This document shows, one piece after another, positions 27,201 to 39,300 of a DNA stretch of 64,000 bases. Positions within the stretch are counted from its first letter, which is position 1. Each line of letters begins with the position of its first letter. The stretch is from Nemertoderma westbladi. Its lineage: Eukaryota > Animalia > Xenacoelomorpha. The stretch spans positions 124,001-188,000 of the forward strand of contig JAUCBJ010004144.1 in NCBI GenBank assembly GCA_032718475.1, read 5' to 3'. A program made the translations under genes and the position numbers. Under the pieces are notes generated by a model. It saw only the letters and a list, made by a program, of their open reading frames with translations. It ran no database searches and was not told the DNA's origin.

Positions 27201-30046
27201 TTTGACATGGCTTTAATACTCATTATATTCATGAAATAGCTGAGAAATTTGAGGTGAATTATTGTATCACATATTAAGTTCGGCTCCAGCCGCTTTGGCA
27301 ATACGATGAAACTATAATACATATTCTAGAACACAACAATATTAACAGGGAGATAGGCTACTTATATCTTCACTCTGAGAGCCTCAAAAAGGGGGTGTTC
27401 CGACGCAATCAAATTCATCCATCTCCAGGGGAAAGACGAAGCAAAGAACAGCTGATTACTTCTATAAATGTAAGTGTTACCTGCTCTTTTGACTTTCATT
27501 TAATATTGTCTATCTCTTGGAGTGGGTTAGAAGTCATGAATATGAAAATCGATGTCGTTTTTTGTAAAAAATCAGAGGAGATTTTAATAAATTATTGCTG
27601 AAAAACACCAAGGATTTTATACTCATTATATTCATGAACTATTTGAGATATTTAATACGATGAAACTATAATAAATATTCTAGAACATAACAATATTAAC
27701 AGGGAGATAGGCTACTTATATCTTCACTCTGAGAGCCACAGATAGGGGGTGTTCCGACGCAATCAAAATTAATCCATCTCCTGGAGAAAGACGAAGCAAA
27801 TAACAGCTGATTACTTCTATAAATGTAAGTGTTACCTGTTCTTATGACTTTCGTTTAAGATTCTCTATCTCGTGGAGTGGGTTAGAAGTTATAAATATGA
27901 AAATCGATGTCGTTTTTTGTAAAAAATCAGAGGAGATTTTAATAAATTAATGCTGAAAAACACCAAGGATTTTGACATGGCTTTAATACTCATTATATTC
28001 ATGAAATAGCTGAGAAATTTGAGGTGAATTATTGTATCACATATTAACTTCGGCTCCAGCCCCTTTGGCAATACGATGAAACTATATTAAATATTCTAGA
28101 ACACAACAATATTAACAGGGAGATAGGCTACTTATATCTTCACTCTGAGAGCCTCAAAAAGGGGGTGTTCCGACGCAATCAAATTCATCCATCTCCAGGG
28201 GAAAGACGAAGCAAAGAACAGCTTATTACTTCTATAAATGTAAGTGTTACCTGCTCTTTTGACTTTCATTTAAGATTCTCTATCTCATGGAGTGGGTTAG
28301 AAGTTATAAATATGAAAATCGAGGTGGTTTTTGAAAAAAATCAGAGGATATTTTGATAAATTATTGCTGAAAAACCCCTAGGATTTTGACATGGCTTTAA
28401 TACTCATTATATTCATGCAATAGCTGAAAAATTTGAGGTGAATTATTGTATCACATATTAACTTCGGCTCCAGCCGCTTTGGCAACACGATGAAACTATA
28501 ATTAATATTATAGAACACAACAATATTAACAGGGAGATATGCTACTTATCTCTTCATTCTGAGAGCCTCAAAAAGGGGGTGTTCTGACACAATCAAAATG
28601 CATCCATCTCCAGGGGAAAGACGAAGCAAAGAACAGCTGATTACTTCTATAAATGTAAGTGTTACCTGCTCTTTTGACTTTCATTTAATATTGTCTATCT
28701 CTTGGAGTGGGTTAGAAGTCATGAATATGAAAATCGATGTCGTTTTTTGTAAAAAATCAGAGGAGATTTTAATAAATTAATGCTGAAAAACACCAAGGAT
28801 TTTGACATGGCTTTAATACTCATTATATTCATGAAATAGCTGAGAAATTTGAGGTGAATTATTGCATTACATATTAACTTCAGCTCCAGCCGCTTTGGCA
28901 ATACGATGAAACTATAATAAATATTCTAGAACACAACAAAATTAACAGGGAGATAGGCTACTTATCTCTTCACTCTGAGAGCCTCAAGAAGGGGGTGTTC
29001 TGACACAATCAAAATTCATCCATCTCCAGGGGAAAGACAAAGCAAAGAACAGCTGATTAATTCTATAAATTTAAGTGTTACCTGCTCTTTTGACTTTCAT
29101 TTAAGATTGTCTATCTCTTGGAGTGGGTTAGAAGTCATGAATATGATAATCGATGTCGTTTTTTGAAAAAAATCAGATGAGATTTTAATAAATTATTGCT
29201 GAAAAACACCAAGGATTTTGACAGGATTTTATACTCATTATATTCATGAACTAGCTGAGATATTTGAGGTGAATTATTGCATTACATATTATCTTTGGCT
29301 CCAGCCGCTTTGGCAATACGATGAAACTATAATAAATATTCTAGAACACAACAAAATTAACAGGGAGATAGGCTACTTATCTCTTCACTCTGAGAGCCTC
29401 AAGAAGGGGGTGTTCTGACACAATCAAAATTCATCCATCTCCAGGGGAAAGACAAAGCAAAGAACAGCTGATTAATTCTATAAATTTAAGTGTTACCTGC
29501 TCTTTTGACTTTCATTTAAGATTGTCTATCTCTTGGAGTGGATTAGAAGTCATGAATATGAAAATCGATGTCGTTTTTTGTAAAAAATCAGAGGAGATTT
29601 TAATAAATTATTGCTGAAAAACACCAAGGATTTTATACTCATTATATTCATGAACTATTTGAGATATTTAATACGATGAAACTATAATAAATATTCTAGA
29701 ACATAACAATATTAACAGGGAGATAGGCTACTTATATCTTCACTCTGAGAGCCACAGATAGGGGGTGTTCCGACGCAATCAAAATTAATCCATCTCCTGG
29801 AGAAAGACGAAGCAAATAACAGCTGATTACTTCTATAAATGTAAGTGTTACCTGTTCTTATGACTTTCGTTTAAGATTCTCTATCTCGTGGAGTGGGTTA
29901 GAAGTTATAAATATGAAAATCGATGTCGTTTTTTGTAAAAAATCAGAGGAGATTTTAATAAATTATTGCTGAAAAACCCCTAGGATTTTGACATGGCTTT
30001 AATACTCATTATATTCATGAAATAGCTGAAAAATTTGAGGTGAATT
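12284..30046 (+). repeat. ~416-bp satellite array, block 2, with 3,680-bp higher-order repeat
   Basis: Diagnostic variants recur at +3680 (16908/20588/24268; 18843/22523; 19281/22961), i.e. eight ~416-bp monomers plus one 355-bp monomer. Confidence 0.97.
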
Positions 30047-30183
30047 TGATAAATTATTTCACTATAAGGTATCATTTGTAGTTTAACTTTAACGTAAAAA
30101 CTTTTGAAAATCCGACGTATTTTGAGTAAGTTATAGTAATGTAATATTGCCTATTCATATTGTACACATAAAACCCTTAGGTA

Positions 30184-30263
30184 CTCTCGTGGCGTAGAGG
30201 TCAGATGGTTAAGGCGTTGGTTACATTACAGATAGGTTACGAGTTCGAATCCCGGTCGGGAAA
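30184..30263 (+). other. tRNA-like Pol III A/B-box module in U3 (also ~45005-45084)
   Basis: tggcgtagagg..ggttaaggcg..gagttcgaatcccggtcgggaa; the 3' part resembles the eukaryotic tRNA-Glu end (GGTTCGATTCCCGGTCAGGGAA). Confidence 0.6.
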
Positions 30264-30308
30264 TTTGTATTTTGAGGCCATTTATTTTCGTTTGGTGCTA
30301 ATTAGTGG

Positions 30309-30556
30309 ACCAATGAGAAGCGTACAACGTAGCGAATAATGAGCCAGGCCAATCATAGGGCATAAATTATCTTATTGCTCAAATGTGAGGCAGTGGAAAA
30401 TTCTGCTAGGATTCCATGTCCCAGATTAGTGTAAGGGCCGGATTACGTTGAACGATGAGCTGGGCCAATCATAGGGCACAAAGCACTTTATTGCTCAAAT
30501 ACGAAGCTGTGGAAAATTCTGTTTAGTTTCCATGTGCGATATTTAGTATAAAAAGG
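30309..30556 (+). promoter_or_regulatory. Putative LTR Pol II promoter: CCAAT boxes in a duplicated ~115-bp module plus TATA
   Basis: accaat ~30309; ggccaatcataggg at ~30347 and ~30463; gtataaaaagg ~30547. The sister LTR has gtatataaagg at ~3716. Confidence 0.65.
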
Positions 30557-33311
30557 CCGGTTTGCCTTCGGTTATTATTCTTCTACACACCCTTAATGTT
30601 AGATTCAGATTCTCTTAGTAATTGTGATCTCTCTCTCTCTGTTAGTTTATTTCGGTTTCTTGTTGAAACTTTGTTTGATAAATCATTTTGTAAAACTGTA
30701 AATATACTGCAAATTCCTGAACGTGTTTTTTCTTTGGTCCAACTTGGGACAGCCAAACATCAGGAGGATGGCAGCCTAGACCGTTAGGCCGTAAGCAACG
30801 CAGGGAAGAGATGTCCACAACACGCTAGCGCCCACATTGGATTGACCGCGCACCCCCCTTTGCCCTTCGAAATACTCGACTTGCCATGCAGCGCCGCTTT
30901 GTGAGAAAAGTAAGACTTTGTTCGACGCCCTTGCCTGCCGTAAGACCTATAGATCAGGGTAAGCGTGACGCCGTCCTGGACGCCGCAAATTTAGGATCAA
31001 ATAATTATATTCAGACAGAAACACCCCCCCCCCCTTTGTCATGTCCTACGAACCCCTGGGTTAACCTGTACTTCCTACAGGTAGGCTACGAACTATTGCC
31101 ATTCGTCAGTACGCGAGTACATATTAGGTACGGACAGCATATGTTCCATAATTTAGTGATTCGTAGTACTGACTGTTTGGTACCGGTTCGCTTTGTAGAA
31201 CGTACATTAGTACCCCCCCCCCCCCCCCCTGTCTGGAGTTAGCTATTTGATCAGGCAAGGAGTATTTCTGCTACCGGCACACTGCTTGGCCTAGGGAGGT
31301 TTATTAATATCCTACCGCGCCTTGCCACGTACTGATAGGTATTGCTGCTAACTACCGCAGCAACAAAATTCTAGAATTAAATTAGTATACCAGATCAGCT
31401 AACGTACGGTAGCGATTAACCCCTATTTCTTATCTTACAACCAGAATCTGGTATTAGTGCCGATCACGGGTGTAGTTACTAACACCGTGGTTGCCCATTG
31501 GGTTGTGGATAGGAAGGAGAGAGCTTTGACGTCATTTGTGAGTATAAAGTTCTACAAAACGCGACTAGTTTATTTTAGTAGCTAGCGCACGGTATCATTT
31601 TAGTCAGAAAATCACTAAAACCTAGTAAAGGAATTACACGAAATTGTTTTATTTGTAACACACCCACACACACACGCCCTAAAACATACTGCCCTTAGAG
31701 TTCTACTAGCTATAGCGCACTATACATTATTTTAGGTAGAAGTTATCTGTATTTGTAAAATTAGGATCTGATATTTAGTTGCGGCAATAAGGAGTATTTC
31801 ACTTTCGTTATTAAACTGTTGTTTTCTGTCCAGCAGTATTGTTACATTTAGGCCTGACCCTTTAGACTGATTTCGTACAGGGGGATCAGTTATTGTTACA
31901 TTTAGGCACGACCCCTTTTCGACTGATTTAGGACAGTCAGTGTTGTTACGCTAGGTCTGTTAACCCACTAGCTCGTATATAAACCATATAAATCACACCG
32001 CGGCAAGTTACTGTATTTAGGACTGTCAGTGATAGTTAGGATTCGCTGCGCGGGGATTGTTTTCCCGTGAGTTTGGTCTGTTACTGTAACTGTACATCTG
32101 CCTCACCGGTTAGAGGACAGGTATCCTTTTGTCTAGTACGTAGGCATTAGACTCGCTCACGTACATAGAATAGATACTAGGCTCTGTTCCTCGCCAGTAG
32201 TCGTTTGTGTACTGTATCTGTTCATTTAGATATCCTGGACTGGGATTTGTTATCAGATACTGTACGAGCCCGTATACATTACTAGAGTCTCATAGTAAGA
32301 TACATCGTTACTAGGATCTGGTAAGCGGTATACTACTGGACCCTTACAGTAGGAAGTATTTATTAAATATCTCAACCGAAAGTGCGTGCGCATTTAAAGT
32401 GAGATATAGATAAATATCTGTTAGCTATTGTAAGTAGGAGATATTTAAAAATTAAGGTTAGTAAATTTAGTAATTTAGAACGTCCCCTGCTTCAGTAGGC
32501 TTTTAGGGTAGCTAGTACTTTCGTATTTAATATTTGACTAGCTAACAGTTAGTTTGTAGCACTTTGTTTTACGCCGTGTGTGTGCGGTGTTACCTTTCGG
32601 TACTTGAAAAGGTACATAGGGTTTAAAGACCAATTTGTATCGGTACCTAGGAAGATTTTTCGTAAGCGTAGAAGTAAAACTCTCACATTCGACCTTTTCA
32701 GGACTCAAGGACTCATTTCTGGACCGCTTCGAGGATTAGACCGCTTTTCGCAAAGTTTGGGAGACAATAAATTCGGCCGCGCCGCCGAAAACGGAAAGAC
32801 CCACGTCCGGTTTGTATTTGGGAATTTGTACGACTGGAAGATTAAAGGAACGTAAGTTTTACGACTCGCGTCGTTCAAACTTAAGAAAGCACAGTAGTAC
32901 TCAAAATTTGTGGGTTTCACTGTCTATTAGTAGTGATGTTGGTTCTTATTTTCCCGTTAGACGTTGCTGTTTAGCCTATTATTTGTATTGTTGATCTATA
33001 TTTTGGTAACGTATACCGTTATCTCATTTATTCGTACAAATTTAGCCGGTAGGCTAGATTACTACTTATTTTATTGTATACCTTTGTTAGTTTTATTCGT
33101 ACCGGTTAGGGTATATATATGATATATATATATATCAAGGTAAGTTTGACATTTGTACATTTCGACATTTTGACATTTCGACATTCTGACTTGTTGATTT
33201 ATTTGTACCGGTTAGGGTATATATATACTATATATACCAAGGTAAGTTTGACACTTCAACATTCAGACACTTTGACATTTTATTACCCGTACTTGACGTA
33301 TATAATAAGAC

Positions 33312-36300
33312 ATGAGTGACACACCCCATTCGACGAGATACCCACCTACCGACTATGACTCGTGCGACCCGGACAGATCGACAGTAGACGAACCAAGAAG
33401 GAGAACCCGAGATTCCACCGATGTCACACCGCTTGCGTCGCCTGTACCCCGAATGGAAATACCGGAAGCCGCAACGCGTGGCGACGGCAGAATCGAAGAT
33501 TTCCTTACCGTCCCGCAGACTAGATCGCGGGAACCGGACATGGTAAGTTCGACTGGAAGCCAGGAGAACGTTATTAGAAGTATAGGAGGACACATGGCCC
33601 AGATTACTCGGAACCTCAGAGAAGGTTTTCGCGTTTTACGCGAGTTAACCGCCCCGATGTCGAGATACGAGTTCTACACCTTACAGGTAAGGATAGAAGG
33701 TAGGGTACATGCCTCCGTTGATAAACTTAAAGGTTTACACGAACTTGCAGAGTTGCGTGGCGACAACTTTACGCAGGTAAAGATAGTAGACAAATTGGTA
33801 AGTGCGAGAGAAAGCATTATCCAGTTTAAGTCGGTGATAAGATTGGCTCAACAGGAGCAGTTCGACCAACTGCTAGGTGAGTCAGTTTCGGACGCGTTGT
33901 TACAACCCGAAGAGGAAGAAGAACTCTACTGCTTGGACGGAAGGTTGGAAACGCTCACCAATTTTCTTCGTAGATGCGGCGTACCGATCGACGAACCAGA
34001 AGTCGAACCGCGAGGGACGACGGAAGTTCTCACTACAGAAGGCTCGCGAGCCTACCAGCATCCACCTCTGGATAGATCGTTCGTTAGCGTACGGAGCGAC
34101 GTTGGCAATGTTGGCGACGTTAGTAGAACAGCGTCTGGAATTACTCGACAACAACAGGAGGTCGCACGCCGACAACAAGTCGCTGAGGAAGAAACACAAC
34201 GACAATTGGCGCAGATTGCCATCAAAGGAGAAAGACAGCGTAGAGAAGACGTAGCGAAACTTGCGAAACTTCAAGCGCAGGCTGAGTTCGAAGCATCAGA
34301 AATGTGGAGACTGGAGGAGGACTTAGCGCGAGAAGCGGCCGCGGCGGCAGCAGCCGACGAGTTAGCCTGACAGGCGGCAGCTGACGAGTTAGCATGACAG
34401 GCAGCAGCCGACGAGCTAGCACGAGTTGCGGCGGTAAACGCAGCTGAGTTAGCACGGAAGAAGGCAGCATCCGACGCTCGCGCCAACTTGGAGGCGCGAC
34501 AAATAAACGCTCGTTTAGCTATACAGGAAGCGGAGTTAGCGGCACAACAACAAGTAGCGGATCGACGCGAAAGAGAGATGCAACTACAGTTCGAACTGAA
34601 TCGTAGATCGCGCGAGGCAGCGAACGCGCAAGCGGACCTCGAACTCGACGCGAGAGATAGATCTATAAGATCGCGAACTGGACACGACTTGTCTGCCCTG
34701 GATCGCATGGAGACTCGATATCGCGGAATACAGAAGCGAATCGAGGAAGGAAGTGTGGGAGCGATAGATCGAGGAGAGGAGTTCGTCGAGGATTACTGTA
34801 AACGTTTTCCCCAAGTTATTCCTATGCTCAAACCCACGACTCCGATAAAACCGGTCTTTGTTACGAAACCTAAGGAAATAACGCCTGTGCGTTCGACGCA
34901 AGGCAACAGGTTTGTTGTGACGGAAATACCGCAACCTAGGGCGACTTCATTGCCAATTTTAGCAGGTAACATAACTAGTCCACCTACAGTAAGTCGTAGT
35001 TTACTTGTGGAGAGAGACGAACCTGCGTTTATGACAGTAAAACAGGTGAGTAAACCATTACAAGTTGAACCTGTAACGCGCTGCGCGAACCCAGTCATTT
35101 ATAAACCTACAGTAGAGCTTAACTCCGATGTTTTTACTAGACCTCTCACCCAATGTTTAACGAGACCTACGACTTCGTGGAAGGCTTGCGAGCCTGCCGA
35201 ACAATGGAGAGCCGTAGATCTCAGACCACAACGAACTCGACCAAGAATAATACGCCGGACGCGAACCCGCCAACCACCTTATCCGGACGACAGCGATTCA
35301 TCCAGTGACTCGGAGTCGACGGAACGGGAAATATTCCGTACTGGAGCGGCAGCGGCAGCGGATTACAAACGGGAGGAACGATCGACGAACCCCTATATCG
35401 ATAATCCTCCACGAGAAACACCCCAACAGAAACCCACGTTGCAACCAGCGGAAGCGATCAGCACCAACAGACTCGCCAAAATAATGCGACCTGTAACGGA
35501 CCGACTAGCTCAACTCGAAGAACGACTTGAAGAGCAACCGTCGGATCGATCTCGAACCAGCGTGGAGTTGGAACAACCTAGACAACATCGACCACCGAGG
35601 AGAGAACAGGAGACTAGACGGACTCCGACACATCAAGAAGAAGATCCCGTTAATAATTCCTACCGACGAACAACGCGCGGAAGGGAGCGACTGGACGACG
35701 CCACCGAACAGGGACGCGGACAGTTGGATTTGGTTAGCGAGATTGCGAAATTCGCGGCTAGACACGGATTACCGGCACAGCAACCGCCAAAGTTCTCTGG
35801 CAACGCGAAACACTGGCGCACACTGGTAGACTACGTAGAGTCCCAGATCGCTAAGTGTGCTTTCACCTCGACGGAGAAGTTTAATTACTTGCTCCTAGTC
35901 CTGTCTGGTGAGCCGAATCGATTAGCGGAAACCTTTATTGGTGTTCCCGATGCCTTCGAGTTGGCTTACGACCGTTTGTATTCGATTTACGGCGGTAACG
36001 TAGCCATGGCTAAATCCATCATTGAAGACCTCTGCAGAGGAGGCAACATTTCGAAACCGATCGACCTTTTACGACTCGCGGACGAAATCAAGAACGCTAT
36101 AGGGACTTTACGATCCATTGGACAACTAGAGTATGCTAACGCACCGACGGTTCTCATTCGAATAATCGGTCGACTTCACCATCGACTACGAAGAGAATGG
36201 CGACGCATCGAGTACCAACGCGAAGAGGCCGGAGGGTTATTAAAACTCACCGATGTCTATCAACTGATTTCACGGGAGGCCGTGATCGAGACTCGATCGA

Positions 36301-39300
36301 ACTATACCGATCACCATATCGCGGCGGAAGGGATAGCTATTTCTGCGCCGAATCGGACTAAACCGTTTCCGGCGAACGCGAAAGCCGTTACTTACACCAC
36401 CCCTACTGAGACTTCTAAAGTTCTGACGCCTATCGGCACCACGCAGCCACGACAACAGTTGCCGGCGGACTTTATGGGATGTTCATACTGCGAGCGGAAC
36501 GGCAGAAACCATAGCGGACATAAACTACGTGGATGTCGCGCTTTTAATGAGTTAGGAATCGAGGAGAGGAGACTCCAAATCCGATCTCTAGATTCCTGTT
36601 GGAGATGTATGAAGCCAGGACACATCCGGAAGGATTGCCCGAGCGACGATACATGTTCTCTGTGTGGACGTAACCATGACGCGTTGCTTCACACAACCAG
36701 TCATACTCCGACCAGATGCTTTCGACGAGAGCATCCAGATAAAGCGGCTAGATGCGACGCGCTTTATAAGGAGCGTGCGCCGCGCGAGATCCGTACCTTT
36801 TATACCGACTGTATGGATCAGTCAGGATCATCGGACGAGGACGAGGAGGAAGACGACACTTTCTACGTGCATGCAGGTGAGGAACAGCCATTGATAACGC
36901 TCCTCACACAGAACCAACTGAAAGGGTTTAGCGTGATTCCTATAAAGATTACCGGAACCCGAGGGAGCAAGCGTATATACGCCATCTTAGACTCTGCGTC
37001 ATCGCATAGTTATGTCGACGAACAAGTAGCCGACGTAGTTACGGACATGAGTCAAGGTAAGACTGCTCAGTATACTGTAAGCAGCATGCATGGTAAGAGA
37101 GCGATCCCTGTGACGAGAGTAAAACTAACTTTAGACACTCTTCTTTCCAAAGCGGAACACAGCAAGGAGGAGCGCTCATTACTTCCGGTAAGAAATTTGA
37201 CCTTTGCAGCTACGAAGAACTTTAGCAACTTGCTCGGCCCTGTGCCAGAGCAATCACCGGAAGATCGTAAGTATTTCCGACACCTTGGAATACCAGAATG
37301 TCCTGTTAATTATCGTTCCATTGCGATGTTAATTGGGACAGACCAGTTTAACTTATATCAGGTATGGGAGACATGCCCATCTGTTATTACAGCGGGCAAC
37401 CCCTATGCATGTAGAACTCCCATAGGTTGGTATACTAGAGCACCAATACGTTCACTAGAGGTAAGTGACCAGGAGGACGACGTTTTGAGTACGTGTAGTT
37501 TATTGACTAACACGATAGATAATTCTCCTTCACACTCCTGTGGTCCAATTGTACGGACGGCACTACGACAGACTTGCGTCACTAATGCAGACGCCACCGA
37601 TACTGACGTAACCGATCTGGACACGACCATACGGACCTCTGACTTACAACTACTTGCAGTAGACCAGGTTGTATTGACTACTGAAGACCAAAGGGTTGTT
37701 GCCGTGGATGACTCGATGAACGAGGATTTTGGAAGGCTTGCGAGCCTACCGAAAAATCCGAAGGTCATTGACCCCACCCACCAGGCTTCGACACCGGTCG
37801 TTGATCTTGGAAGGCTTGCGAGCCTACCGATAGATCAAGAAGTTGTCAAACCGCCGCACGACGATTCAACGCCGACTAGTGACACCGGAAGGCTTGCGAG
37901 CCTACCAGACACATTGACACTAGCCACCGCAGCGGACGAAGACGTGGACGAGGACCATGGCGCAGTGCAAGCAGCGCTTGACCAACTGCTGACTGAACGG
38001 ACCATACAATGGTTGGAACAGGACTCAGCAGAACCCGGTAGTTACGAGACTGCTATGTCAGAACAGGAAAAACGGTCATTAAATATTATGAGAGATACCA
38101 TTCGCCAGACCGCGAATGGCCACTATGAGGTTGGTATGTTGTGGCGCAATGGACAACCTAAACTCGTTAACAATTACCCGCTTGCTTTGAGGCGACTCAA
38201 ATCAATAAGGCAGCGATTGTTGCGAGACGAGACAGCCCATATGCAATACAATGCACAACTTCAGACGTATCTCCAAAAGGGATACGCCATTAGGATGTTA
38301 AATCCCGAGGTAACCACAGACCAGACATATTACCTGCCACATCATTTTGTTCGACACCCGGACAAACCTGGCAAGGTGCGTGTAGTCAACGACTGCGCTG
38401 CGCTTTACCAAGGGATGTCTATGAACAGCGAACTGATGGACGGGCCGAATATGAATAATTACCTCATGGGAGTCCTAATGCGTTTTAGACAACGCAAAGT
38501 GGCTTTCACCTGTGACGTAGAGGCCATGTTTCACCAGGTTAAGGCTTTGGAGCGGGACAGGGACAGTTTGAGGTTTCTTTGGTATCCGGACGGAAACTTA
38601 CAACTTCCGCCAAAAACTTACCAAATGAAGGTAAGAGTATTCGGAGCCAGGGACAGCCCCAACTGCACCATGTACGCATTAAAGAAGACCGCATTGGACA
38701 GACGAGACCAATTAGACCCAGAAGTAGTTCGGACCGTGGAACGAGATTTCTACGTGGATGACGGCCTCAAGAGTTGTGACACCTTGGAGCGCGCTACAAC
38801 CGTAGCACACCAACTCCAGAATTGTCTCGCTGAGGGCGAATTTCACCTGACGAAGTTCGCTTACAACGAACCCGAACTGGTGAACTCATTTGACCCGACG
38901 GATCGCAGTGGAGGTGACTTAGACTTAGACCTAGAACCTCTGCCGACGACCAAAGTATTAGGACTTAGTTGGGACCCTAACACCGACAATTTTAGGGTAC
39001 GTGTAAGGTCCAATGACCAGACTAGACCTCTCACTAAGAGGACTTGCTTATCGACTATGAGTCGATTGTATGACCCATTGTGTTTCATTAGTCCAGTGAT
39101 CCTACACGCTAGGATCATACTCCGCAGCATTTGGCAAGCCGGACTGGAATGGGACGATCCCATCCCAGAAAAGTTAGCTGAGCGATGGAGGGACTGGGAA
39201 GCCCAACTGACATTCCTACAAGACTATACCATACCAAGGGTATACTTTCCTTTGCAAACCACCTTTCCTGCCGATTTAGAGCTTCACAGCTTTAGTGACG

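Larger units (their letters stand above)
30047..32348 (+). repeat. 5' LTR (2,302 bp)
   Basis: tgataaattatttcac..ggacccttaca; differs from the 3' LTR by about ten substitutions and a few homopolymer/CA-repeat indels (counted by eye). Confidence 0.96.

Noticed and set aside
5531-30046. Hammerhead ribozyme in the satellite
   Set aside because: No CUGANGA..GAAA core with supporting stems found by eye on either strand.
12284-30046. CRISPR array
   Set aside because: Whole monomers repeat with no unique spacers, there are no cas genes, and the context is eukaryotic.
30184-30263. Functional tRNA gene
   Set aside because: T-stem mismatched, extra D-region sequence, no clean anticodon arm; kept only as tRNA-like.
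30596-31242. ORFs inside the LTR (63 aa, 118 aa)
   Set aside because: The 118-aa frame is broken by poly-C length change in the 3' LTR, and neither is preserved in the sister LTR.
34368-34397. Alternative genetic code or selenocysteine at the TGA codons
   Set aside because: Trp is encoded by TGG throughout, the aligned repeat unit has CGA (Arg), and no other in-frame TGA occurs in 2,500+ codons.
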